A stretch of 32,000 nt of DNA from Candidatus Karelsulcia muelleri (GTDB taxonomy: Bacteria; Bacteroidota; Bacteroidia; Flavobacteriales; Blattabacteriaceae), in assembly GCF_003214255.1 (NCBI RefSeq), contig NZ_CP029011.1:210001-242000 (forward strand), given 5' to 3'. Below the pieces are notes generated by a model that had not been told where the DNA came from, did not search any database, and saw nothing but the letters and a program-made list of their open reading frames with translations. Below are positions 9,692-18,291 of the stretch, piece after piece. The first letter of the stretch is position 1. Each line of letters starts with the position of its first letter. The translations under genes were made by a program, and so were the position numbers.

Positions 9692-9763
9692 TAGCCCATA
9701 GGGGAATCGAACCCCTCTTTTCAGAATGAAAATCTGATGTCCTTACCAATAGACGAATAGGCC
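9692..9763 (-). tRNA. tRNA-Glu (anticodon UUC)
   Basis: I folded the cloverleaf by hand on the minus strand. The acceptor stem is GGCCTAT/ATGGGCT (two G-U pairs) and the D arm is GTCT-ATTGGTAA-GGAC. The anticodon stem is TCAGA/TCTGA with loop TTTTCAT, giving anticodon TTC. The T arm is AGGGG-TTCGATT-CCCCT and the discriminator is A. No CCA is encoded. Confidence 0.9.
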
Positions 9764-9775
9764 TGCAAATTAAAG

Positions 9776-11017
9776 TTAAAGTTGTTTTGTTTTAAAAAAA
9801 AAACCTAATTTTTTTAAATCTATCCAAAAATTGGTATAAGATTTAGAAACTACATATGGATCTAATATTGAAATAGGATATATAATACTTAATGTTGAAA
9901 AAGACATAGCCATTCTATGATCATCATATGTATATATATACATATTTTTTTTTTTAAAATTAAAATTATTTAATAATAAACTATTATTTGTTTTAATACT
10001 TTTTATACCTAACTTAAATAATTCAATTTTCAATGCCTTTAATCTATCCGTTTCTTTAATTTTTAGAGTTTCTAATCCGGTTAAAAAACATTTAATCTTT
10101 AATCCGGCACAAGTTACTACTATTGTTTGTGCAATATCTGGTGTTGAATTTAAATCAAGAAAAATATATTTTTTTTTTCTTTTTATTATTTTTTTTTTTA
10201 AAATTAATTTTTTTTTTTTAAAAAATGTTTTAACATTAAAAAAAGAATTATAAATATTAGTGATTACTTTATCACCTTGAATACTTTTTTTTGTAAAAAA
10301 TTTTAAATTTAAATTTGCCTTTTTGCAGAAGGCAACTAAAGAATAGTAATATGAAGCTGAACTCCAATCAGATTCTATTAAAATTTTTTTGTTTTTTAAA
10401 ATATTATTCTTATTTATAATAATAATATTTTTTTTCCAATAAACATTTATTCCTATTTTTTTTAAAATATTAAACGTCATTTTAATATAAGACAGAGAAG
10501 TAATTTTTTTTGATAAAAAAATTTTTAATCCATTTTTAAATTGTGATGCTATTAACATAATAGCACTTATATATTGACTACTTAAATTGGCATCTATTGA
10601 TATTGTCCCTCCTAACAAATTAGAACCTATTATCCTTAAAGGAGGATAACCCTTTTTTTTTTCATAAAAAATTTTTCCTCCTAATTTTTTTAAAGTTTCT
10701 ACTAAAATAGAAATTGGTCTTTCTTGCATTCGATATGATCCAGTTAATATAATTTCTTTATTTTTTTTTATCGAAAAAAAAGCTGTTAAAAAACGCATAG
10801 CAGTTCCCGAATGATTTATATTAATTACTTTTTTAGTAGTAAATAAGGCTTTTTTTAAAAAATAAGTATCATCAGAATTTGAAATATTTTTTATATTAAT
10901 TAAATTAGGATATAAAGCTTTTAAGATTAATAACCTATTGGATTCACTTTTAGAACCAGTAATATTAATTTTTCCTTTTAAAAAAAAATTATTTGTTTGT
11001 AACTTCAAATAATCCAT
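9776..11017 (-). CDS. aroA: 3-phosphoshikimate 1-carboxyvinyltransferase (EPSP synthase)
   Basis: 413-aa ORF with motifs ITGSKSESNRLLILKAL, SGTAMRFLTAF, QYISAIML and YDDHRMAMSFS. Confidence 0.9.
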   Translation of the reverse strand: MDYLKLQTNNFFLKGKINITGSKSESNRLLILKALYPNLINIKNISNSDDTYFLKKALFTTKKVININHSGTAMRFLTAFFSIKKNKEIILTGSYRMQERPISILVETLKKLGGKIFYEKKKGYPPLRIIGSNLLGGTISIDANLSSQYISAIMLIASQFKNGLKIFLSKKITSLSYIKMTFNILKKIGINVYWKKNIIIINKNNILKNKKILIESDWSSASYYYSLVAFCKKANLNLKFFTKKSIQGDKVITNIYNSFFNVKTFFKKKKLILKKKIIKRKKKYIFLDLNSTPDIAQTIVVTCAGLKIKCFLTGLETLKIKETDRLKALKIELFKLGIKSIKTNNSLLLNNFNFKKKNMYIYTYDDHRMAMSFSTLSIIYPISILDPYVVSKSYTNFWIDLKKLGFFFKTKQL

Positions 11018-11559
11018 TAATCCAATCCATTATTTAATAATCCTTTGGGAAGCTTTAAAATTAAAATTTTTTTTTTTTTATTTTTTTTTAAAAAAAAATC
11101 TTTTACTAAAGGTAAAAAATATTTTTTTTTATTAAAATTTAATTCTAAAAGATTTTGTAAAAATCTATAATATATAGTTTTTATTTTTCCTATAAAACAA
11201 TATTTATTATTAAATAATTTATAATCTATTAGTTCATGAAATAAAAATTCTTCTTTAGAAGAAAAAAAAAATTTTTTGTTTTTTAAAAACAAATTTTCAT
11301 TTTTTAAATTTTTAAAAAAAAAATTATTCTTAACTAATAAGAATTTAGTGTGAGAAACAAATATAATTTTGTTTATTTTTAATTTTAACAATAAATTTTC
11401 TTTTTTTATTAAAATTAAATTTAATTTTTTAACAAAATTTTTTTTATTATAAATTTTATTTTTTAAAAAAATCCATTTTTTAAAATTTAAGCCATGTTTT
11501 TTGGTAATTTTTCCTAAAAAGAAATATTTTTTTTTATTAAAAATTAATTTTTGTATCAA
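11017..11559 (-). CDS. rimM: 16S rRNA processing protein RimM (degenerate)
   Basis: 180-aa ORF directly downstream of rpsP with a 4-nt overlap, the conserved rpsP-rimM order. It has an N-terminal [10 protein letters not shown] motif and a C-terminal PRC-barrel-like segment ([22 protein letters not shown]...QNLLEL...[12 protein letters not shown]...LKLPKGLL). Sequence complexity is very low. Confidence 0.7.
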   Translation of the reverse strand: MIQKLIFNKKKYFFLGKITKKHGLNFKKWIFLKNKIYNKKNFVKKLNLILIKKENLLLKLKINKIIFVSHTKFLLVKNNFFFKNLKNENLFLKNKKFFFSSKEEFLFHELIDYKLFNNKYCFIGKIKTIYYRFLQNLLELNFNKKKYFLPLVKDFFLKKNKKKKILILKLPKGLLNNGLD

Positions 11560-11900
11560 AAATCTTTATTTTTATTTAAAATCCAAGTTTTCATTTTTTT
11601 TTTTATTTCTGATTTTTCAACAATTCCTTTTTTAACTCCATTTAAAATATGTTTTTTAAACAAAACTCCTTTTAAAAAAAAAATTGATTTTACTGTACAA
11701 GTAGGTTTAGCACCTTTTTGGAGCCAATTAATTGCTTTATTTATATTTAATAAAACTTTAAATGGATTCATATTTGGATTATAAAAACCTATTTTATCAA
11801 TAAATTTTCCATCTCTAGATGATCTAGAATTAGCCACTACAATAGTATAAAAAGCATTTTTTTTTCTTCCTTTTCTTTGAAGTCTTATTCTTAAGGACAT
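11556..11900 (-). CDS. rpsP: 30S ribosomal protein S16
   Basis: 114-aa ORF beginning [42 protein letters not shown], the canonical bS16 N-terminus. Confidence 0.92.
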   Translation of the reverse strand: MSLRIRLQRKGRKKNAFYTIVVANSRSSRDGKFIDKIGFYNPNMNPFKVLLNINKAINWLQKGAKPTCTVKSIFFLKGVLFKKHILNGVKKGIVEKSEIKKKMKTWILNKNKDF

Positions 11901-11919
11901 AATATTTATTTTATTTTAT

Positions 11920-11930
11920 TATATATATAT
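11920..11930. promoter_or_regulatory. (TA)5.5 tract in the divergent rpsP / tRNA-Gln spacer, candidate bidirectional promoter element
   Basis: tatatatatat lies 20-30 bp upstream of the rpsP start (11900, minus strand). It is also 15-25 bp upstream of the tRNA-Gln 5' end (11945, plus strand). Confidence 0.3.
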
Positions 11931-11944
11931 TATATTAAAAGTAA

Positions 11945-12015
11945 AGACTCGTGGTGTAATGGTAGCACAGCAGATTTTGGTTCTGCTAGTTGGGGTTCAA
12001 ATCCCTACGAGTCTG
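11945..12015 (+). tRNA. tRNA-Gln (anticodon UUG)
   Basis: I folded the cloverleaf by hand. The acceptor stem is AGACTCG/CGAGTCT and the D arm is GTGT-AATGGTA-GCAC. The anticodon stem is GCAGA/TCTGC with loop TTTTGGT, giving anticodon TTG. The T arm is TGGGG-TTCAAAT-CCCTA and the discriminator is G. No CCA is encoded. Confidence 0.9.
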
Positions 12016-12016
12016 T

Positions 12017-12499
12017 CTAACTTTCTTTTTCTAATTTTATTTTTAAAATTTTCAAATGAACAAATTTATTATTTGGTAATTTAATATGAGCTATTTCACC
12101 AATTTTTTTTCCAATTAATCCTTTGGCTATAGGAGTGTAAATTGAAATTTTTAATTTTTTAATATTAGATTCAGTTTCTGGAACTAATGTATAATATATA
12201 CATTCTCCAGTTTCAATATTTTTTACTTTTACTTTTGTAAAAATTGATACTTTAGTAGTATTTATTTTCGAGAAATCTATAATTCGGGTATTATTTATTT
12301 TTTTTTTTAAATTGAAAATTTTGATTTCTAATAATCTTTGATTTTCTTTAGCAATTTTATATTCCGAATTTTCGGATAAATCTCCTTTTTCTATTGCTTC
12401 TGCAATTTCCTCAGCAATTTTTAAGCGTTCTAAATTTTCTAAATACTTTAATTTTTTTAGTAATTTTTTTATTCCTTTTTTAGAATTGTATTCTACCAT
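12017..12499 (-). CDS. greA: Transcription elongation factor GreA
   Basis: 160-aa ORF with an N-terminal coiled-coil carrying GDLSENSEYKIAKENQRLLEIKI and a C-terminal FKBP-like domain (ISIYTPIAKGLIGKKIGE). Confidence 0.88.
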   Translation of the reverse strand: MVEYNSKKGIKKLLKKLKYLENLERLKIAEEIAEAIEKGDLSENSEYKIAKENQRLLEIKIFNLKKKINNTRIIDFSKINTTKVSIFTKVKVKNIETGECIYYTLVPETESNIKKLKISIYTPIAKGLIGKKIGEIAHIKLPNNKFVHLKILKIKLEKES

Positions 12500-12535
12500 T
12501 TTTTATTTTATTTTTAATTATAAAAATTATTTATT

Positions 12536-12544
12536 TATATATAT
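12536..12544. promoter_or_regulatory. (TA)4.5 tract, candidate promoter element upstream of greA
   Basis: tatatatat lies 37-45 bp upstream of the greA start (12499, minus strand), in the 84-bp gyrB-greA spacer. Confidence 0.3.
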
Positions 12545-12583
12545 TATTATATTTAATGTATAAATTTTTTAAAAAAAAAATAT

Positions 12584-14479
12584 TTATGCATCAATATTTG
12601 CAAATAAAGCATTTTGCTCTATAAATTTTCTTCTTTTAAAAACCTTTTTTCCCATCAACATCGAAAAAATATAATTTGCATTTTTAAAATTATCAATTTT
12701 TACTTGTCGTAAAGTTCTGTTTAATGGATTCATAGTAGTTTCCCATAATTGTTCAGCATCCATTTCTCCTAATCCTTTATATCTTTGAATATGAATTCCT
12801 TTTAAATTTCCTATATTTTTTAAAATTTTTTCTTTTTCTTTTTCATTCCAAGCATATAATTTTTTATTAAAATGTTTTATTAAAAACAATGGAGGAGTGG
12901 CGATATATATATATCCTTTTTCTATTAAAATTTTAAGATTTCTAAAAAAAAAAGTTAAAATTAATGTTGAAATATGACTTCCATCTATATCTGCATCGGT
13001 CATAATTATTATTTTTTTATAACGAATATTTTTTATGTTTAAAACAATTTTTTTTTCTTTTTTTCTTAAAAAGATTCCTAAAACTGAAAAAAGATTTCTT
13101 ATTTCTTCATTTTCAAAAATTTTTTCTTTCATAGATTTTTCTACATTTAAAATTTTTCCTCTTAAGGGAAAAACTGCTTGAAATTTTCGTTCTCTTCCTT
13201 GTTTAGCCGTGCCACCAGCAGAATCTCCTTCGACTAAATATATTTCACATAAATTATGATTATTTGAAGAACAATCAGCTAATTTTAAAGGGAAAATATT
13301 ATTTATTTGTTTCTGAATTAAGTTCCGAACTTTTTTATAAGCTTGTAATGCTTTAACTGTTAAAAACACTTTATTTAAAATTTTTTTTTTCAATAAAGGA
13401 TTTGCGTTAATAAAAATATTTAATTCGTTGGAAACTATTTTTTCTACAAGACCAATAATTTCATTATTACCAAGTTTTTTTTTAGTTTGTCCTTCAAATT
13501 GAGGATTAGCAATCCTCATAGAGATTATGGCAATAATTCCTTCTCGAATATCTTTTCCTGAAATTTCTATTTTATATTTTTTATAATAGAATTTTTTAAA
13601 TGTTTTTGTTAATGCTCTTTTAAATCCAGATATATGTGTACCTCCTGAAGGTGTAGGAATATTATTTACATAAGAATAAATTTTTTCTTTAAAAGAAGAA
13701 TTAAATTTCATTGCTAATTCTAATTGAATTTTTTTATTTTTTTTTTTTAAATAAAAAAATTTTTTTAAATAATTTTTATCTTTACTTAAATTTAAAATAA
13801 ATTCTTTTATTCCTTTTTTGGAATAACAAAATTCTTTTTTATTTGGAGAAAATCTTTTATCAATTAATATTAATAATAAACCTTTATTTAGGTAAGATAA
13901 TTCTTTTATTCTATTCAAAATTAAATTATAATCAAAAATTTTTTTGCCAAAAAAGGATTTCTCTACTTTAAAAGTAATTTCAGTTCCTCTCATTTGTTTT
14001 TTATTTTTTTGATCTAATTTCTTTAATTTAGTAATTGGAATTCCTTTAGAATAAATTTGTTCATATATTTTTCCATTTCTAAAAATTCTAGCTATAAGAT
14101 AACAAGATAATGCATTAACGCAAGAAATTCCAACTCCATGTAACCCACCAGAAATTTTATAAGCTTTTTTATCAAATTTTCCTCCTGCTCCAACTTTAGT
14201 CATTATTACTTCTAAAGTAGAAATTCCTTTATTTTTATATAAATCAACTGGAATTCCTCTTCCATTATCTAAAACAGTAATATATTCATTTTTGTGGAAA
14301 GTAATTCTAATTTTAGTGCAATATCCTGATAAATATTCATCTATAGAATTATCTATTACTTCAGTAAGTAATTGATGTAACCCATTAATGCCAATGTCCC
14401 CAATATACATTGCAGGTCTTAATCTAATATGTTCAATTCCATCTAAATATTGTATATTTTTAGATGTGTAATTTTCCAT
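12584..14479 (-). CDS. gyrB: DNA gyrase subunit B
   Basis: 631-aa ORF with ATPase motifs (LEVIDNSIDE-like TEVIDNSIDEY, GGLHGVGISCVNALS) and Toprim motifs (EIYLVEGDSAGGTAKQGR, PLRGKILNVEK, IMTDADIDGSHI). Confidence 0.95.
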   Translation of the reverse strand: MENYTSKNIQYLDGIEHIRLRPAMYIGDIGINGLHQLLTEVIDNSIDEYLSGYCTKIRITFHKNEYITVLDNGRGIPVDLYKNKGISTLEVIMTKVGAGGKFDKKAYKISGGLHGVGISCVNALSCYLIARIFRNGKIYEQIYSKGIPITKLKKLDQKNKKQMRGTEITFKVEKSFFGKKIFDYNLILNRIKELSYLNKGLLLILIDKRFSPNKKEFCYSKKGIKEFILNLSKDKNYLKKFFYLKKKNKKIQLELAMKFNSSFKEKIYSYVNNIPTPSGGTHISGFKRALTKTFKKFYYKKYKIEISGKDIREGIIAIISMRIANPQFEGQTKKKLGNNEIIGLVEKIVSNELNIFINANPLLKKKILNKVFLTVKALQAYKKVRNLIQKQINNIFPLKLADCSSNNHNLCEIYLVEGDSAGGTAKQGRERKFQAVFPLRGKILNVEKSMKEKIFENEEIRNLFSVLGIFLRKKEKKIVLNIKNIRYKKIIIMTDADIDGSHISTLILTFFFRNLKILIEKGYIYIATPPLFLIKHFNKKLYAWNEKEKEKILKNIGNLKGIHIQRYKGLGEMDAEQLWETTMNPLNRTLRQVKIDNFKNANYIFSMLMGKKVFKRRKFIEQNALFANIDA

Positions 14480-14492
14480 TTTTTTTATAAAT

Positions 14493-15140
14493 TTATTTTT
14501 TTTTTACTATAGGTATATACACAATTTTTTTATTAAAAAAAAATTTTTTTTTAATAAAATTATATATATTATATTCAATATATAAATATTGCTTTTTTTT
14601 TTCCTTCTCAAAAGGTTTTCCTTTTAGATAAAAAATTCCATTAAAAATTTTATTTTTATAATTAAATTTAATATTTTTTTTTACTAATTTAATAAAATTT
14701 GATAATTGTGTTACTGCTCTTCCCAAAATAAAATTACATTTTTTTTCAAAATTTTCTATTCGAGTACACACTATTTGTACATTATTTAAATGTAATTCAT
14801 CAATGATTATTTGAATAATTTTAATTTTTTTTTTAATTGAATCAATTAATATAAATTTTGTTTCATTAAACATTATTGCTAAAGGAATTCCAGGAAAGCC
14901 TCCTCCAGTTCCTACATCCAAAACAATTGATTTTTTTAAAAATTTCATTATTTTAGAAATACTTAAAGTATGTATACAATGTTTTTCAAAAAAACCGTTA
15001 AAACTTTTTTTTGAAAAAATATTTATATTTTTATAATAAAAATTATATATTTTATATAAAATATAAAATTTTTCAATTTTTAATTTATCTATTTCTGTAA
15101 AATAATTATTAATTAATTTAATTTTTTTATTAAATTTCAT
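14493..15140 (-). CDS. rsmG: 16S rRNA (guanine527-N7)-methyltransferase RsmG/GidB
   Basis: 215-aa ORF with the SAM-binding motif VLDVGTGGGFPGIPLAIMF and the general RsmG layout. Confidence 0.8.
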   Translation of the reverse strand: MKFNKKIKLINNYFTEIDKLKIEKFYILYKIYNFYYKNINIFSKKSFNGFFEKHCIHTLSISKIMKFLKKSIVLDVGTGGGFPGIPLAIMFNETKFILIDSIKKKIKIIQIIIDELHLNNVQIVCTRIENFEKKCNFILGRAVTQLSNFIKLVKKNIKFNYKNKIFNGIFYLKGKPFEKEKKKQYLYIEYNIYNFIKKKFFFNKKIVYIPIVKKK

Positions 15141-15146
15141 TTTTTA

Positions 15147-16325
15147 ATGTTATCAGATAGAATTTTAAATATGGGAATTTCTAAAACATTAGAAATGACT
15201 GCTAAAGCAAGAAAATTAAAAGAATTAGGATATAACGTAATTAATTTAAGTGTTGGCGAACCAGATTTTTTACCTCCATCTTTTATTTTAAAAGCTGCTA
15301 AAAAAGCTATAGATAAAGGTTATCATAATTATACTCCTATATCAGGATATTTAGAATTAAAAAAAATGATTTGTAATAAATTTAAACGTGATAATAATCT
15401 TAATTATTCTAATTCACAAATTTTAATAAGTAATGGAGTAAAACAATCAATAATCAATTTATTTTTAGCTTTATTAAATAAAAATGATGAAGTAATAATT
15501 CCTGCACCTTATTGGGTTAGTTATTATGAAATGGTAAAATTTTGTCAAGCAAAACCTATTATTCTTCCTACTACAATAAAATCTAATTTTAAAATTACTT
15601 CCAAACAATTAAAAAACGTTATTACTTCTAAAACAAAAATTTTTATATTTAATTCTCCTTGTAATCCAACAGGATGTGTTTATTCTAAAAATGAACTAAA
15701 AACTTTAGTAAAAATTTTATCAAAAAATCCTAAAATAATTATTATTTCAGATGAAATCTATGAATATATAATTTATGAAAAAAAACATATTAGTATTGCT
15801 TCTTTTTCAGAAATTTATAACCAAACGGTGACATTAAATGGTCTTTCTAAATCTTTTTCTATGACGGGATGGAGGGTAGGATATTTAGGAGGACCTGAAT
15901 GGCTTACTAAAGCGTGTGAAAAAATTCAAGGTCAAACCACTTCATGTGTAAATTCAATAGCACAACGTGCTTCTATTGTTGCATTAAAATATAATCAAAA
16001 AAAAATTTTAAAAAAAATTTTAAATTCATTTAAAAAAAGAAGAAATTTAATAATAACTTTTTTTAAAGAAATTCCTACTTTCAAATTTAAATCTCCTGAT
16101 GGAGCTTTTTATCTTTTTCTAGATATTTCTTTTTTTTTAAAAAAAAACCAATCATCAAATAATTTTTCAATGCATTTGTTAAATAAATATTTTGTAGCTA
16201 CAGTTTCAGGAGAATCTTTTGGATCTAAAAATGGACTTAGAATTTCTTATGCTAGTTCTAAAAAAAATTTATTTGAAGCATTATTTAGAATAAAAAAATT
16301 TTTAAATGAATTTTTCTTCTTTTGA
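15147..16325 (+). CDS. aspC: Aspartate aminotransferase (class I PLP aminotransferase)
   Basis: 392-aa ORF with motifs INLSVGEPDF, NSPCNPTG and the PLP-lysine motif LSKSFSMTGWRVGY. It ends in TGA. Confidence 0.85.
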   Translation: MLSDRILNMGISKTLEMTAKARKLKELGYNVINLSVGEPDFLPPSFILKAAKKAIDKGYHNYTPISGYLELKKMICNKFKRDNNLNYSNSQILISNGVKQSIINLFLALLNKNDEVIIPAPYWVSYYEMVKFCQAKPIILPTTIKSNFKITSKQLKNVITSKTKIFIFNSPCNPTGCVYSKNELKTLVKILSKNPKIIIISDEIYEYIIYEKKHISIASFSEIYNQTVTLNGLSKSFSMTGWRVGYLGGPEWLTKACEKIQGQTTSCVNSIAQRASIVALKYNQKKILKKILNSFKKRRNLIITFFKEIPTFKFKSPDGAFYLFLDISFFLKKNQSSNNFSMHLLNKYFVATVSGESFGSKNGLRISYASSKKNLFEALFRIKKFLNEFFFF

Positions 16326-17096
16326 TGAAATTCCTAATGAATCATATATATATTTATATGTAGATAATAAATATGGTTTTCCATTAATTATAGCAATATT
16401 ATGTTCATAATGTGCTGAAGGTTTTTTATCTAAAGTAGATATTGTCCATCCATCTTTATTAATTTTTATATATTTTTTTCCTTTATTTACTATAGGTTCA
16501 ATTGCTAATACTAATCCGTTTAATAATTTTTTACCCATTTGTTTTATTCCATAATTAGGAACATTTGGTTCTTCGTGGATTTTTTTCCCTAATCCATGGC
16601 CTCCAAATTCTCTTACAATAGAATAGCCATGTTTTTCAACATGATTTTGAATAGCATATCCTATATCTCCTATATGATTTCCTGCTTTACATTCAGCAAT
16701 TCCTAAATATAATGATTCTTTTGAAATTTTTAATAATTTTCTAATATTAGAATTAACATTTCCTACTTCAAATGTATAAGCGTGTTCTCCATAATAATTA
16801 TTCATTTTAACTCCACAATCAATAGATACAATCTCTCCATCTTTTAATGGAATTTTAGTAGGAATTCCATGAATAATTTGTTCATTAATAGAAGCACAAA
16901 TAGTATTAGGATAATTATATAATCCTAAAAAAGCAGGAATGCCTCCATTATCTCTAATAAATGTTTCTGCTAATGAATCTAAATATAGAGTACTAATTCC
17001 TGGTTTAATTTCATTAGTTAACATTCCTAATGTTTTAGATACTAAAATAGAACTTGATTTTATCAAATTTATTTCTTCTAAAGTTTTTATATGCAT
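16302..17096 (-). CDS. map: Methionine aminopeptidase type I
   Basis: 264-aa ORF with metal-ligand segments [43 protein letters not shown] and HYEHNI. Confidence 0.92.
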   Translation of the reverse strand: MHIKTLEEINLIKSSSILVSKTLGMLTNEIKPGISTLYLDSLAETFIRDNGGIPAFLGLYNYPNTICASINEQIIHGIPTKIPLKDGEIVSIDCGVKMNNYYGEHAYTFEVGNVNSNIRKLLKISKESLYLGIAECKAGNHIGDIGYAIQNHVEKHGYSIVREFGGHGLGKKIHEEPNVPNYGIKQMGKKLLNGLVLAIEPIVNKGKKYIKINKDGWTISTLDKKPSAHYEHNIAIINGKPYLLSTYKYIYDSLGISSKEEKFI

Positions 17097-17137
17097 TTTT
17101 TATTTTCTTTTTAGAATTTTATTTTAAAAAATTAATA

Positions 17138-17329
17138 ATGGCACATCCTAAAAGAAGACAATCTAAATCTAGAAAAAAAAAAAGAAGAAATTTTTATAGA
17201 ATATCTAATCCAAGATTAGGAAAAGATCCAATAACAAAACAATATCATCTTTATCATAGAGCACATTGGTATGAAAATAAATTATATTATAAAGGAAAAA
17301 TTATTCTTGAGAAGAAATTATATTCATAA
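17138..17329 (+). CDS. rpmF: 50S ribosomal protein L32
   Basis: 63-aa product from ATG 17138 beginning [17 protein letters not shown], the canonical bL32 N-terminus. The ORF track's upstream extension from 17054 is hydrophobic junk that overlaps map on the opposite strand. Confidence 0.85.
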   Translation: MAHPKRRQSKSRKKKRRNFYRISNPRLGKDPITKQYHLYHRAHWYENKLYYKGKIILEKKLYS

Positions 17330-18290
17330 TATTTTCTATTAGATCTTTTTTAGATGGATACCATTTCTCAATTAAATTTTTTGCATAAGGAGCAGGAGTA
17401 TCTTGTCCTGTAATTCTTTTAATTGGAGCATCTAAATAATCAAACGCTTCTTGTTGAATAACATAAGTTATTTCAGAAGCAATAGATGCAAAAGGCCACG
17501 CTTCTTCTAAGATTAATAATTTATTTGTTTTTTTTATAGAATTTATAATTGTATTATAATCTAAAGGTTTTATGGTTCGTAAATCTATAATTTCTATACT
17601 AATATTTTTATTTTTTTTTTCAAGTTCTAAAGCAACTTCTAAAGCAATTTTTATTATTTTTCCAAAAGAAACAATTGTTAAATCATTTCCTTTTTTTTTT
17701 AAATTAGCTATTCCTAATGGTATAGTATATTCTTTAATTGGAATCATCATTTTATCTCCATACATTTGTTCTGATTCCATAAAAATTACTACATCATTAT
17801 CACGAATTGAAGATTTTAAAAGACCTTTGGCATCATAAGGATTAGAAGGAATTACAATTTTTAAACCTGGACAATTAGCATACCAACTTTCAAAAGATTG
17901 AGAATGAGTTGCTCCTAATTGTCCAGCAAATCCTGTCGGACCTCTCAAAACAATAGGAATATTCCATTGACCTCCACTCATTTGTCTTATTTTTGCTGCA
18001 TTATTAATAATTTGATCCATCGCTACTAATGAAAAATTAAAAGTCATATATTCAATTATAGGACGACAACCATTAAGAGCAGAACCAATTCCAATTCCAG
18101 AAAATCCTAATTCAGAAATTGGAGTATCAATTATTCTTTTAGAACCAAATTCTTTTAACATTCCTTTAGAAGCTTTATAGGCACCATTATATTCCGCAAC
18201 TTCCTCTCCCATTAAATATATAGTTTTATCTTTTCTCATTTCTTCACTCATAGCAGCTGCTATTACCTCTCTAAAAGTCATTTGTTTCAT
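17301..18290 (-). CDS. pdhB: Pyruvate (2-oxoacid) dehydrogenase E1 component beta subunit
   Basis: 329-aa ORF beginning [36 protein letters not shown], with [18 protein letters not shown]. It has the transketolase-like pyrimidine-binding and C-terminal domains. Confidence 0.9.
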   Translation of the reverse strand: MKQMTFREVIAAAMSEEMRKDKTIYLMGEEVAEYNGAYKASKGMLKEFGSKRIIDTPISELGFSGIGIGSALNGCRPIIEYMTFNFSLVAMDQIINNAAKIRQMSGGQWNIPIVLRGPTGFAGQLGATHSQSFESWYANCPGLKIVIPSNPYDAKGLLKSSIRDNDVVIFMESEQMYGDKMMIPIKEYTIPLGIANLKKKGNDLTIVSFGKIIKIALEVALELEKKNKNISIEIIDLRTIKPLDYNTIINSIKKTNKLLILEEAWPFASIASEITYVIQQEAFDYLDAPIKRITGQDTPAPYAKNLIEKWYPSKKDLIENIMNIISSQE

Positions 18291-18291
18291 T

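Noticed and set aside
11551-11784. 77-aa ORF antisense to rpsP
   Set aside because: It overlaps the highly conserved S16 gene on the opposite strand. Its Phe/Ile/Leu-rich composition is what the complement of a Lys/Asn-rich gene would give.
16939-17127. 62-aa ORF antisense to the map 5' region
   Set aside because: It is a shadow ORF over the conserved methionine aminopeptidase N-terminus, with no motifs.
17054-17137. Upstream extension of the rpmF ORF (91-aa version)
   Set aside because: The canonical L32 N-terminus MAHPKRR begins at ATG 17138. The extra 28 residues are hydrophobic and overlap the map start region.
17572-17838. 88-aa ORF antisense to pdhB
   Set aside because: It is a shadow ORF inside a strongly supported gene, with low-complexity hydrophobic composition.
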